The translations under genes and the position numbers were made by a program. A stretch of 51,512 bases of DNA, from positions 620,001 to 671,512 of the forward strand of contig CAUYUJ010000026.1 of the NCBI GenBank assembly GCA_963575745.1, given 5' to 3'. Numbering within the stretch: the first letter of the stretch is position 1; every line of letters starts with the position of its first letter. Source of the stretch: Prorocentrum cordatum. Lineage: Eukaryota. Positions 35,952 through 47,928 of the stretch are shown in pieces. Below the pieces are notes generated by a model. The model was not told the origin of the DNA. It was given only the letters and a program-made list of their open reading frames with translations, and made no database searches.

Positions 35952-38861
35952 ATGGCGCTGCAGGCGCGTCAGGAGGAGCAGATCTTGCAGTACATCGAGG
36001 AAAGCAATTCCTCGGGGAGGTTGGCATCGGGGTGGGATCAACTGAAGGAGTTCCTGCTGGCGGAGGGGCTAGCGTATTACCAGCAGGTCCCACCGAACCA
36101 GATGGGCATCGACATTCGGAACCGCAGCGGTTCGTTAGTGAACCCTGCGCGGGCTCACAATTTAGGCGCGAAGATTTGCGCCCAGGGCTTCGTCTTGGCC
36201 AAGACGGCTGCAGCCACTGCCTTCGAGGCCCCGCAGGGGGCGCAGTTGGAAGAGACCGCGATGGCGAACGACCGCCTTTCGCGGCTCAGCGGGGGTCGGT
36301 GCCCCCCGCTGGACTCATTGCGGTATACGTCAGTGGGCGGCTCCCACACGAACGTCTTCCTCCGCTGCGTGCTGGCCAAGGCGCCGACCACAGTGAAGGC
36401 GCTGGCAGACTCTCGGGGCAACATCGACTCCGAAAAGCTGTGCGCGTTGCATCCGCAACTTGCGACGGCAGTCAAAAAGGGCCTGACGTGGTTGATCATC
36501 AAGCACGCGGTGGCCAAAGTGAAGGGCCTCAAGAACTTCGTGCAGAGGGCTTTGAACGCCGACGTCAGGGAGGCGGTTCACGAGACCGAGATCATTCGGT
36601 CAGGCTGCAGCCTATCCCCACTATAGTATATAGCGGTATGTAGTAAGGACCAGGATGATGCACGAGGAGGGTGATGAGTGGGAGCGCGTTGGGGAGGAGG
36701 TGAGAACGAGGAGCAGGAGCATTATATCTTACAGTGCTGCAGCACTTGATCGGCTCGGCGCTTGCTGCAGGCAGGTGGGCGGATGCTCTTGGCACACAGC
36801 CTCGCTGAGGGTTCCAGCAAGCCCGACTGGCGCGACATCGCCGAGCAAGCGGGCCACGCGAACCCACCTTGCAAGGCGTGGATCGCTGACTTGTGCAAGT
36901 TTGTTGAGCTCGGGCCACAAAACGGAGAACTTCTCCGTGAAATAGATGAAGCCCTCAAGACCTTCACGAATGTGGACGTCTCGGGGCAAACTTTGATGTG
37001 CGGCTCTGAATTTTGGCGCAAGTTGAATTCGATTAAATGGGGGAAGCACCAGGAGTCGTACCCGCATGTCGTAGCGGCGCTCGTGAAGGCCAACTATTCA
37101 GGCGAGCACGTGGTGGATAGCATGTGCAGGACCATCCATAAGCTTGTCGGCGCCCCCTTGTAGTGACATGCGCTGCAGCGCATCTATGCATTGCGCTGCA
37201 TTGTTAGAACTGCGTGCCCACCCCTCCCCCCTCCCCCCACACACACACACGCACCGTTACATTGCTTTATTCCCAAACGCAATCGCTGAAGCGATGTGCG
37301 GATCAAGGCAAACGAGATCGTCCACGTCGCGTCCCGCAAGGCGGACGTGGCTGCGGCCGACAATCTCATGGCCGACGCAAGGTCGCTCGTGAAGAGGTTG
37401 GATATCGGAGCGGAGCAGGGCTTCTTGCACATCACAAAGTTGGATGTCCGCTGTGCCATGTACCTGGTGAAGAAGCGAGCGCCAGGAGACCGCACTTTCG
37501 GATGCGTAGCAGATATAGCACAGGTATCTTCTCACGCCACCTTTCGTGTGCTCCTTGTTTCCCCCCCTCCCTGCTTTTCGCCATTCAATGTCGCTGCAGC
37601 GACCCTCCAGAGAGGTCTTCCTCCATGAGCTCGGGGAGCCAGCCCAGCTGCAGATGAAGAGCTTGGGGATCGAGTTCGGCAAGGCGGTGCAGACCGACAA
37701 GCAAGGCGATGGCGCGCCCGAGTTCCCAGCGAGCGCCGATGCAGACGCGCCGCGCGCGGCAGCGTCGTCGGCCGCTGAGTTGAAGAGCAACGTCTTCCGC
37801 ATGCGGCGTGCAGGGTTCGACGTGGGGAAGCACATCGTCCAGAAGAAGGAGGTGGATGACGTCTTCGAGGTGCTCTCCATCTCGGAGAATGGGATCACCG
37901 CTCAGAAGAAGTTGCACGGCGACCTGGTGGGCGAAGAGATCTCCATTGCGTGGCTGCAGCCACCCCGCCGCCCGTGCAGGGAGCAGGGAGGGGGGAGGAG
38001 GAGGTAGTAACTGCGATATTGTATTTCCTGTACTTAAGTTGCAATGGGTTGGTCGATGCGCTGCAGCGCACGGAGCAGTTAGCCGAGCGGGCGGATTGAA
38101 GTAAACATATTGCTCGAGAATTACAAGTTGACGTCCAGGGTGCAGGAGCAGTTGCCGTTCACGAAGGAGCACTTGCCGCCAGCCCACGAGGGTTGGGCGA
38201 TGGACGCGTTCAAGGGGGCATGCAACATGGCGCTGCGGCTCCAAGCGCTGAAGTACCAGGCGAACATTTTGCACTTGGAGATCCTGCAGGACCCACCTGC
38301 CGTGCGCTGCAAGCGAGCGTTCAAAGTGGGTGAGCTCGTCAGACTTGTGCTTCCGCAATCGTCCGCGCCCCCCTCCGACGACGCCGCGCTGCAGCGCTGC
38401 GCTGGGCACGAGGTAGCGAGGATTTCGGGGCACGTCAGGCCGTAGCGACGAGGTCAGTGACGTTACCGACTGCGCGCCATGTAGCTCCACGCGGTGGGAG
38501 TGGTCGCATTTCAGCCTCGTCCACGCGGGTCAGCACGGGCTGCGTTGCGGAGAGCATCTCGTTGGGGAAGGTTGGCCTCTACGAGTTCTTCGTGGGCCCG
38601 CAGTTCGCAGGGCCCCCCGCTGAGGGGTCGCGGGGCCCCGACGCCTTTGTCAGCCCCTTCTGGGTGGTGGCAAAGTCCGACTCAGAGCCCAACATGGAGC
38701 TCCGAAAGGAGACCGTGACGTTCGGGACAGGCGTCAACAAGGTGCAGGTGGGGGTGCCCCAGATGCATAACACTTGCGCCCTGTCCGCGGGCGACTTCCT
38801 GGTGGTGAAGCCGTGGCCGCGGCTGCAGCCGCGGCCAGCCAAGAAGCTCAGGGCGGCCTGA
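35952..38861 (+). CDS. Six-exon gene (~710 aa): ParB/Srx-like N-terminus, SET-like C-terminus (both tentative)
   Basis: Exons approx. 35952-36593, 36783-37133, 37302-37523, 37615-37944, 38095-~38340 and ~38508-38861, joining ORFs 35604, 36762, 37296, 37546, 38110 and 38457. Motifs: RNRSG..V....HNL...I..QGF, VGGSHTNVFLR, VRCKRAFKVGEL and PQMHNTCALSAGDFLVV. The last junction is ambiguous. Confidence 0.7.
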
Positions 38862-39358
38862 GCTGGCGATATAGAGGGACCACGCGGGAGGATGAGGCAG
38901 GAGGGAGGGGTGATGCGGAGGAGGAGGAGGAGGAGGCAGGGTAAGGTTTGGCATAGGGAGGAGGATGAGGGGGCTTAAGGAGCGGCGAGCGCACATGACG
39001 GCACCGAGCGTGGCCCTCCGATTGGTGTAAACAGTGTGCGGGTTGGTGCGAAGTGCGATACTTGCCGCGGCGCTGCAGCGCGCGGAACGATTCGTTGCGC
39101 CAGCATCGTCGCTGCAGCGACTGTACAATATTGGTGCTGACATCAGCCTTTCCCACAGACATGCCGCTGCAGCGGCTTCGTCATCACTGTTGTGCTCGAT
39201 GTGATCGTTGCTCTTCGCTTCATCTTTCACATGCGCTGCAGCGCACCTCATCATGAGCACCTCGTCCGCGCACATGTTGCCTCATCACTCCATCGCAGCA
39301 ATTTTGGCGCTGAAGTGCGACCGCGCTCGGGCTGCAGCCTCGGCGCGCCGCGCGCGCG

Positions 39359-40122
39359 ATGACGACGATCAAGCGCGACTGCGTCGTGCTGCACGACAAC
39401 CGTACGGGGCGCGAGCTGGTCGCGGCCGTCGAGGTCATCGGAGACCGCGAGTGTATCACCGTGACCACCGCAGGTTGGAGCAAGTGGGTGTGCGGCAAGG
39501 CTCAGGGCTTGCGAGGCACGATGTTCCTAACGTGGCTGAAAAATCAGCGCACCGCGTCGTCGGGGCCAACGGCGCCGACGACGCTCTTCGCTGCAGCGGA
39601 GCCAGGCCGCCGCCCGACCACGCGGTCCGGCCGCGCCAGTCGCCAGGTTCCAGTGGACAAGTGCTTCAAGACAGTGCAGCTGCCGCCGTTTGGCGATACT
39701 GAGGCAACAGAGCTGCAGATTGTCATTCCCCCACCTCATAGGGGGGGAGGGACAAGCTGCAGGTGGTGCTGCACGAGAAGGGCGTAGAGTACATCAAGGC
39801 CAAATTGCTTCAGGAGGCGGCGGAGGCGGCAGAGGCGAGCACGGTGCTGAAGCGCCCGCGGCGCCACGAGACCGACGTTCCTTGCGGCGCCCGCATCTAT
39901 TGGGTGCAGCGGCTCCAAGCTTGGCGGGCCGTCCGCACAGACTGCGGTTGCAGCAGGACGGCCTTGTTCCGCACAAACCGCGGCTGCAGCAAGGATGCCG
40001 CTGAAGCGGCCGCGGCGAAGTGGTGCACCGCCGAACTCAAGGATTGCGAAGCGGATGAGCTCCAGGAGATGGAAGCGGAGGCGGAGGGCGATGCGGAGGA
40101 GGAGGAGGCCGACTCGGACTGA
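39359..40122 (+). CDS. Hypothetical protein with AP2-like C-terminal domain; frameshift at G7 run 39741-39747
   Basis: ORF 39359 continues in the frame of ORF 39763 (DKLQVVLHEKGVEYIK...). IYWVQRLQAWRA.....RTALFRT......AAEAAAAKW resembles the AP2 beta-beta-beta-alpha pattern, followed by an acidic tail. Confidence 0.55.
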
Positions 40123-40631
40123 GCTGCGGCGCGCTCGGTCGACCGCATCGCTGGGGCGTGCGATCACGGTCGGCAGTGCGATTGAGAATGGCAGCGAGGA
40201 GGACGAGCACGAGGACGAGGGCGAGGAGGAGAAGGAAGAGGAGGATTGGGATAATAATTGCGGATTGTTGGTGGATCCCCCAATGTTCGCTACTGTTGGT
40301 GTCATTGCGAATCGTTGGTATGATCAAGCGTGCTGCAGCACGACGACACTACGATCAAGTGTGCCTCTCACGCGTTGCCGCCGTCGATGTGTGACCTCAC
40401 GGCGCTGCAGCGCTGACTTACGTTTCGTGTGTTTGGAGTCCATCGTGCTGCAGCGCTGATTTACGTTCGGGTGTCTGGCGTGCCGATATCAGATTTTTGC
40501 GTCGCGCTGCAGCGCTGACTTACATTTTGTGTGTCTGGCGTGTTGATGTAGCGCTTCGATCGCGCTTGCAGCCCGCATGTTCGCTTTATGTTATTGCATG
40601 TGGTTCGCAGCCACTTGTGATCAGAACATCA

Positions 40632-40985
40632 ATGGCTGCCAACATGAGTGCAGCGACGCCGCCATGGCGGCTTCCCTCGGAGCCAGTGCCGCCGCCGAAG
40701 GCGAAGTCCGCTGCATCGGATGCGACATATGCGGCTACTCCCCCTCCTCCGCCGCCGCCGCCGCCACCACCGCCTCCGACGTCGACGAGGACCGCGGCTG
40801 CAGCCGCCAGTGATGTGCCAGCCCCGCGCGCGGCTGCAGCCGCGCGCAAGCGCGATGCTGATACCAAGGTTGGCATGTGGAAGCTTGTGTGCGACATGAT
40901 TCGGGAAGCGCTTCAGCGCGGGGACCGCGAGGCAGCGTTTGCGCTGGCAGTCCAATACCACGTCGCGAAGAAGCCGCGGAAGTGA
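40632..40985 (+). CDS. Small Pro-rich hypothetical protein with C-terminal helical motif
   Basis: ATG 40632 within ORF 40497; ends GMWKLVCDMIREALQRGDREAAFALAVQYHVAKKPRK. Confidence 0.55.
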   Translation: MAANMSAATPPWRLPSEPVPPPKAKSAASDATYAATPPPPPPPPPPPPPTSTRTAAAAASDVPAPRAAAAARKRDADTKVGMWKLVCDMIREALQRGDREAAFALAVQYHVAKKPRK

Positions 40986-42073
40986 CGGGCGCGCGGCGCG
41001 CGCGCGGTCAGTGCTGCAGCACCACTGTTTCAGTCGGATACAGCATCGCGACGGCGGCGACGGCGACAGAGACAACGACGACGGCGTTAAAGACGACGTA
41101 ATTCAGAGCAGTGCATGCAGGAGAAGAAGGTGGAGGGAGGATGATGATGAGGAGGAGGAGGGTGATCAGGAGGACGACGACATTGAGGACGACGTTCTGG
41201 AACGCCCTCATTTTCACAGGTTCCCACCGCTCGCTGCCAGCACCTCGGAGCAGGGGAAGGGGGAGCAGGATGATGATGATGAGGAGGAGGAGGAGGAGGA
41301 GAAGGAGGCCGAGGACGAGGAGTATGACGAGGAGGAGGAGGAGGAAGACAACCAGTTGGCACCCATGCCCCGCCCCCCCGATCCTTCTGCCTATTCCTGC
41401 CTCCGCATACTCCCTCTCCTCCTCCTCCTCCTCCTCCTCATCCTCCTCCTCCTCCTCCTCATCCTCCCTCTCATTCTCCTACTCCTCCTTCTCCTCCTCC
41501 TTCTCCTCCTCCTCCCTCTCCTTCTTCTCCTCCTCATCAGCGTCCTCCTCCTCCTCCTCCTCCTTCTCCTGCCCCCCCCTCCTCCCCCCCCTCCTCCTCT
41601 CCCTCCAATCCTCCTCCTCCCCCTCATCCTCCTCCCCCTCCTCCTCCTATCCTGAGGGGGCAGCCCTGGGGAGGTCAATCCAGTCGTTGGCCTTCGGAGG
41701 TTCAGTTGGGGGTGATGTTACTTTGCGGGGTGATGTCACTTTGGGGGGTCAGTCGATTGGTTAGCAGGGGTCCGTCGTCGTCAGCGTCGTCGTCATCGTA
41801 TTCGTCGTTGGCACCGCCGCTGTTTTTGTTCCGTGCAGCTGCAGCTGCAGCTTCGTGCGCTGCAGCGCCCGCGCGCCGCCCTGCGGCGCCCACGCGCCCG
41901 AGCTCAGCTTCAGCTGCAGTGATGGGACTGGTTTCCACCACCACTATACCATATGTTGGAGAAGGAGGAGGAGGAGAAAGAAGAGGAGGAGGAGGACCTC
42001 TCCCTCCAACTTATGGTACTGGTGGTGAAAACCAAGCCCATCATGCAGCTTGGCGAGCTGCAGCCTCGCTGCG

Positions 42074-42685
42074 ATGGCGTACCTCGACTACGACGAGGAC
42101 TTCGAGGAGTTCGAGGCCGCGGCCACGGCGGGGCCGCGGCCTCCCTCGGCGCCGCCGCCAGGCGCGCTGCTGGCCAAGGCGCGGCCGCGACCGTCGCCGT
42201 ACGGCAGCGTCGGCCGCGCCTTGGCCAAGGGCACGGGCAAGGACAAGGACAAGGACAAAGACAAGGACGGCGGCCCACCTTGCGCCTCGGGCAAGGGCAA
42301 TGACAAGGACAAGGACGTCGGCGGCCCACCTTGCCAGGGCATGGGCAAGGGCAAGGACAAGGACAAGGACGTCGGCGGCCCACCTTGCAAGGGCAAGGGC
42401 AAGGACAAGGACAAGGACGACGGCGGCCCTTGCAAGGGCAAGGGCAAGGACAAGAGCAAGGGCGGCAAACTTGCCCAAGGGCAAGGGCAAGGGCAAGGGC
42501 GGCGGGGCGGCTGGTTCAACAGGGCGCAGCGGCTCTGCGAGCTGCTGCTGGCGGGCGAGTACGCCGCCGCCGCCGCCCTGGCCGAGGAGTACTACGCGGG
42601 CCCAGCAGAGGTCTGGGTCGGCCAGGGCGGCGGCGGCGGCGAGGAGGCCGCCGAGGAGGCGCTGCAGGCGCCGTGGGGCGCCTGA
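42074..42685 (+). CDS. KG/KD-repeat hypothetical protein with C-terminal motif shared with 40632-40985
   Basis: ATG 42074 within ORF 42050; GKGKDKDKD.GGPPC repeats, then GGWFNRAQRLCELLLAGEYAAAAALAEEY. Confidence 0.6.
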   Translation: MAYLDYDEDFEEFEAAATAGPRPPSAPPPGALLAKARPRPSPYGSVGRALAKGTGKDKDKDKDKDGGPPCASGKGNDKDKDVGGPPCQGMGKGKDKDKDVGGPPCKGKGKDKDKDDGGPCKGKGKDKSKGGKLAQGQGQGQGRRGGWFNRAQRLCELLLAGEYAAAAALAEEYYAGPAEVWVGQGGGGGEEAAEEALQAPWGA

Positions 42686-43922
42686 GGAGGCGCAGGCGCC
42701 GAGGAGGGCGCCGAGGGCTGCGCGCAGGCGCTGCAGGCGCCGAGGGCTGCGCGCGGGCGCTGCAGGCGCCGAGGGCTGCGCGCGGCGCCTCCCTCAGGCG
42801 CCTGGCGCTGCAGGCGCGGGCGGCGCCTCCCTCAGGCGCCTGGCGCTGCAGGCGCGGGCGCCAACATGAGAGCCGCGGCAGGCCGGGCCGCCGCGGAGCA
42901 TCCAACTGTCTGGGCGACGGAGAGGGTGGACTATAGTAGAGGTAGAGGTAGACAGGGGGAGAGGGTGGACTATAGTAGAGGTAGACAGGGGGGAGACGTA
43001 ATATACATAGGGAATGCGAGGGGGACGATGGAGACGCAGCGTGGGGGTGGAGTGAAGACACATTGGAGAGAGACGGTAGACAGGATGCCCGCTGCAGCGG
43101 GTATCCACTCTCCCGTGAGCGAGGGGGACAACGAACGCATAGTGATAGGATACATGCTGTAGCAACCCAACATGTAAGATCAATGGGAGCAATGGGGGGG
43201 GTGGATTGGATCAGTTCGCGAGCATAGCCTGCCGACGCATGCATGTGTTTTAGGCCAGGTTATATTTCGTGCGCCAGATCGCGTGGTGCGCCCGCGCTGT
43301 CGCCCAGAAAGGCGCTCCGATATCCTCATCACATCTATCTGCCATCGTCGACGTTCACATCCTGATCCGCTGACATTTTTTTGTATGGACTGATGTGCCA
43401 GGGGTCGGCCTTGGATTGGCCAGGAAAGTTTGGGGGCACTTGGGGGGGTCCTGGGGCACTTCAGATGGCAAACAGTCTCGCATCGCATCGCCCTTCGCCA
43501 CTCTCCCTGCTCCCCTTCAGCACAGTTCGTTGCGCCGCCGAGTAGCTCCCCCCATGGCCTCCTGGCAGCCTCACCAGCTCCCATCAGCCTTGTCCTCAGC
43601 AGTCTCGAGCCATCGCGACGCTGCTGCAGCAGAGCCGTGAGCGTAAATCTTTGCAGTTGACAGCGGTGTCGGCATCGTCAACCTCGTCGCGACGCTGCTG
43701 CAGCAGCGCCGCGTGATGTACTTCGCGCATCTCTTAGTTTCACTCCCACCTCGAAATCAGCAGTGTGGACAGTGGTCTGGGACTGCGTGGGTGGGCGTTG
43801 GGGTGGGCTGGAGTGCTGGATGTTGGCTTCAGGATGGCTGATATGAGGTCGAACGGGAGCTTCGGGTGAAGCGATCTGAGAGCGTCGGTGTCCCTCTGCA
43901 GGGGTGATGCTGTCTGACAGCG

Positions 43923-44073
43923 GCGTGTCTGTTCAATAGCCCCCTCTATTGAACAGCCACGCCCGTGTCTGTTCAATAGCCCCCTCTATTGAACATGCCA
44001 TGTTCAATAGCCCCCTCTATTGAACAGCCACGCCCGTGTCTGTTCAATAGCCCCCTCTATTGAACAGACACGC
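43923..44073. repeat. Four tandem identical hairpins TGTTCAATAG-CCCCCT-CTATTGAACA
   Basis: Copies at 43930-43955, 43970-43995, 44001-44026 and 44041-44066. The block is bounded by a 17-bp inverted repeat gcgtgtctgttcaatag / ctattgaacagacacgc. Confidence 0.95.
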
Positions 44074-44894
44074 TTCTGTCGATGTCCCAGCTGCCTTCGA
44101 GGCTCCCAGATCGCTTCGGTATTTGCTCCTGATCACACTTCGCGCATCTCCTGAATCCGCCCCGCGCCCTCCTCGGACACCTTCCGTGTCCCTCCTGTGT
44201 CTGCCCGCCCGCCCGCTCCCGAGCTCCCGTGTATACCTATCCGTCTCCCGTGTCTCTCCCGCGTCTCTCCCGTGCCCCTTCCGTGTCTCCACATGCCTTC
44301 CGTGCGCTCCCGCCCGTGTCCCTCCGCACCGCTTCCGCGTCCGTCCGCCCGCTCGCCCCCGAACTCCCGTGCCCCTCCCGTGTCTCTTCCGTGCCCCCCC
44401 CCGTGTTTCTCCCATGTCCCTCCCACCCCTCCGTGTCTTTCGCACCGTCCCTTCCGTGTTCCTCAAATGATCATGCATCCCCCCCCCGCGTCCTGCCCGC
44501 CCGCCCGCCCGCGCTCGTGTCCTTCCCTCCCGTGTCTCCTCGCATCTCCCCCCGCCCCCCCCCCCCCCCTCGTGTCCCTCATTATCTCCCTCCTCTCCTT
44601 TCCATCACTCTATATCTCTCTCCCTATTGCCCACTACCATGCGTTCCATCATGGTGCGCATGCATAGCGCTGCAGCGCTTCATGTTACTTTGTGACGATG
44701 ATTTCTGCTGAGCGCTGCAGCGCTCACGTGTGTTCCTTAATTGCATGCGATCGTTGCGCTGCAGCGCATCTGTACTGTTGTGGCCTCTCTTCCACCTCAG
44801 CAGCCGAGTGCTTCAGCTCTCGCAGTGTGGGAGGCCCTCCCTCGCGCTTCCCCTCGGAGCGTCCGCGCACCCCCTCGCCCTCGCGGAGGGCATC

Positions 44895-46756
44895 ATGTCT
44901 GCCGCGGCTGCGGCCACACCCATCAACCACATCCTGGATAACCTGGACAGCTGCGACGCCTTCTTCGCATCGCAGATCGGCGTCATCGCCGCCGACGCGA
45001 TGGCGCAGAGCCAGTCCGCCTTGTCCATGAGCGTGCAGCTGCAGCTTCACAACTTGGGGACGATCGGGGCTGCCCAAGCAGCTACCCTGCAGAATCGAAT
45101 CACCGCGTCGGGCTTCGCGGACAGCCATAAGGCGCGCCTCAGCGCCGTGCTGGCCGCGCGCGTGGGCACGGCGACGCCCACGCTCCAGATGCGCGTGCAG
45201 ACGCTCGCGTCAGGGCGGTGCTATCCATCGTGCTGTGCACATCGGACCGCCGAAGTGTTATTCACATGTATGGTTTAATTGTTTGTTCTGTACTTTATGT
45301 ATGTTACCATGTTCATTTTTCAAATGTACTTATGTTAGCATGCTGCAGCATGCCTGCGTCGATTCGTAGGCTGGTGGGCTTTACCATGCAGGACTGGGGT
45401 TTATTTCGCGACCCCAGCCAGAGCATCGTCGCGAAGGTGCGCGCGTTGATCAAACGTTGCGGTGCCATCGGCTTGACGGTTCCGAGCGAGAACACGCTGA
45501 AAGAGTTGGCGGCGTTGATGGCATGCGCCCATCTTCCAGACGCAAACCCTGGGCAGCTCTACGGGATCGTGACGGAGATGAAGGTTTGGGATTCGGCGGG
45601 AACGCCTAACGCAGACGCATCATATCGCACTGACTGCAGCCAATGCGATGCGGCGCGTCAGCGTTAGGGTTTCCCGACGAGTCGCCCTTTACAGGGTCAG
45701 TTCTTGGCGAGCCGCAGGGGCGCGACGGGGCAAGCGGCGACAGTGACTTGGAATTTCCCAGCAGATCCTCGGCAGCTCCCTCAGCACATCTTCGACGCGG
45801 CGTACACCGATGCGGACCCGCCGATCGATGTGACGCGCGACCTCGCCAACGTGGTATCGCATCTACGAGGCTGCTGCCACCCCGTCATGCGCTGCAGCGC
45901 TGATTGTTCTGGATGTCTTGGGTGCTTCGGTGAGCTCGGTCCTTTAGGTCCACCTCGCATAGAGCATGATAGGTTTCATGCTACGCGTGCGCCGCTGAAG
46001 CGGCCTGCGGGTCTCAACGCCATCAAGGCTCGCGTGCCTCTCAGGCTGACCAACAAGGGCTTGCGGGCTGCCGCCCCACCGCATCAGCCGAGCACTGCCA
46101 TTGTGCCATGGACACCATCGGGGTCACCCTCCGTGCCGCCTGCAGCGCCAATGCAACCCATGGACGCGATGGCCGTGATGCAGCAAATGCTGGCAGCGTT
46201 TGCGCCACCGCCATCGCCGCCCAACGAGCTGCAGCTGCAGCTCTTCCCGCGCCGCCCTGCGGCGCCCACGGCGAGCCCCCCCGCGAGTCCCCCCGCGATT
46301 GGTGATTCGCCAGCTGGGCCAGCATTGTCAGCGGCGGCGCCAGATGCTGCTGCAGCAGCGCCAACGCCGCCAAACGAAGATGCTGCTGCAGCAGCAGACG
46401 GAGACGAGGATGCTGTGCTGCAGGCGATCGAGACCTTGGCTGCGGGCAGCGCGAAAGGCGAGCTGCCTCGCAAGGGCAAGGGCAAGGGCAAGGGCAAGAA
46501 GGGCAAGGGCAAGAGCGCGATCAAGGGCAAGAGCAAGACAGGCGCTGGCAAGGGCAAGACGGCGGCCAAGGGCACGGCCAAACCGAAGGCCAAGGGCAAA
46601 GGGAAGGCCAAAGCCAAGGCCAAGGCCAAGCCCAAGGGCAAGGCGGCAGCCAAACGGGGCCAAATGGCACTCGGGTGCAGCAAATGCCGCTACCTGCCGA
46701 ATGGCTGCGGCACGTGCCGCGACCCGAACTTCACTGGCCGTCGCGGCAAGCCGTGA
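44895..46756 (+). CDS. Multi-exon hypothetical protein with Lys/Ala-rich basic tail and terminal CxxC-x6-CxxC motif
   Basis: Exons approx. 44895-45214 (GC-AG intron 45215-45369), 45370-45583 (GT-AG intron 45584-45694), 45695-~45840, a probable in-frame intron to ~46003/46010, then to the stop at 46756. Ends KGKAKAKAKAKPKGK...LGCSKCRYLPNGCGTCRDP. Confidence 0.7.
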
Positions 46757-47497
46757 GCGCGCAACGGGCACTGTCGGCATATGGAGGTGAGGATGAGGAT
46801 TATGAGGGCGAGGAGGAGGATGGGTAGGATGATGAGGAGGATGAGCATGTGGAGGAGAAGGAATGAGGAGGATGGTGAGGATTAGTGCGAGGTTGGATGG
46901 AACGCTGGCCGATGATATGAACGGTAGTGGCGATGGTCTTGCCTGGCGGTCGCGCGGCTCGCACGGACGACGAGGAGGATGAAAGTCAAATATGTTGACG
47001 GGTTCTCTTGGGTGCGGGCGCTGCAGCGCTGGCGCCTTTGTGGTCAACGTTTACATCGCCATCATCATCACGATGCAGCGCTGCAGCGCTCGCTTTCCTG
47101 GATGGTGGCGTAGATATTGCGCGCTGTTGTGTTCCCATGCAGCGCTGCAGCGCCTGTCAGACTTGTGGTGCCGTTGTAGCGTTGGCGCGTTTGTGAGCGT
47201 GCAGTTGCAGCCGCGGTGTCCATGTATTGCGTGACGTGCTCGTATTGAGTGCCAGTCGTTCCTCGTCGATACGCGCTGCAGCGCCATCATTCGTGATGTC
47301 GAGCGTTGTCTCCCGCATGGTTGTTGCCAAGTCACGCGCTGCAGCGCTGTGATTCGCTCATGTTGCGCGTTGCCGATGGCATGCCCTCCTCCCCCTTCCT
47401 CCTCCTCCTCCTCACTTGGCTCGCGCGTCGCAGTCGCCATCGTTCGCTGCAGCGGGTGCTGGCAACGGACCTCCTCCGCCTCCTCACTGGGCTCGCA

Positions 47498-47928
47498 ATG
47501 GCGGCGCGCCGCTGCGACAAGCCGTTCGAAGCGCAAGCGCGCGCCGACCGTCGCGACGAGTTGCGCGAGGCCCGCGCGAGAGCGACGGCGACTGCTACAG
47601 CAGAGGTGAAGGAGGCGCGGAAGAACGCCAGGAAAGCGGAGAAGCAGGTGCAGATCCGCACCGCGGAGCTGCAGGTGGATGAGGAGGCGGATGAGAAGGA
47701 GGACGGTGGGGTTCATGAGTGCGGCAGGCTACTCCCCCGCTGCAGCGGGGGAGAAGGACGACAGGGGGGATGATCAGGAGGAGGTGGAAGGCGATGATGT
47801 GGGAGGATGAGGAGTATGAGTAGCAGGGTCGGGGTCAGATGGACATCGCCGCTTCGGACGTGGCCAACCAGAAACTCAACGAGGCGTTGACCTCGCTGCG
47901 GAACGCCAAGAAGATGAAGGTGACCTGA
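47498..47928 (+). CDS. Small two-exon basic coiled-coil-like protein
   Basis: 47498-47674 (MAARRCDKPFEAQ...AELQ), GT-AG intron 47675-47838, then 47839-47928 (MDIAASDVANQKLNEALTSLRNAKKMKVT*). Confidence 0.5.

Noticed and set aside
36654..36699. Canonical mini-exon solution (GT 36599-AG 36653, GT 36700-AG 36770) for the first intron of the ParB-like gene
   Set aside because: It is in frame and not excluded, but it inserts GA-rich low-complexity residues. The single AT...GG intron matches the junction pattern seen at four other sites. Disfavoured pending RNA data.
38330..38507. Exact boundaries of the last intron of the ParB-like gene
   Set aside because: Several in-frame solutions exist (GTGAG...GCG|G loses the GEL motif; others lack a clear signal), so it was not counted as AT-GG evidence.
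40939..41700. 238-aa acidic/poly-Leu ORF and the mirror GGA/TCC tracts
   Set aside because: Low-complexity intergenic sequence. The purine and pyrimidine tracts could pair, but similar tracts are ubiquitous in this window.
43923..44073. CRISPR-like array
   Set aside because: Spacers are 5-14 nt and repeated rather than unique, there are no cas genes, and the context is eukaryotic.
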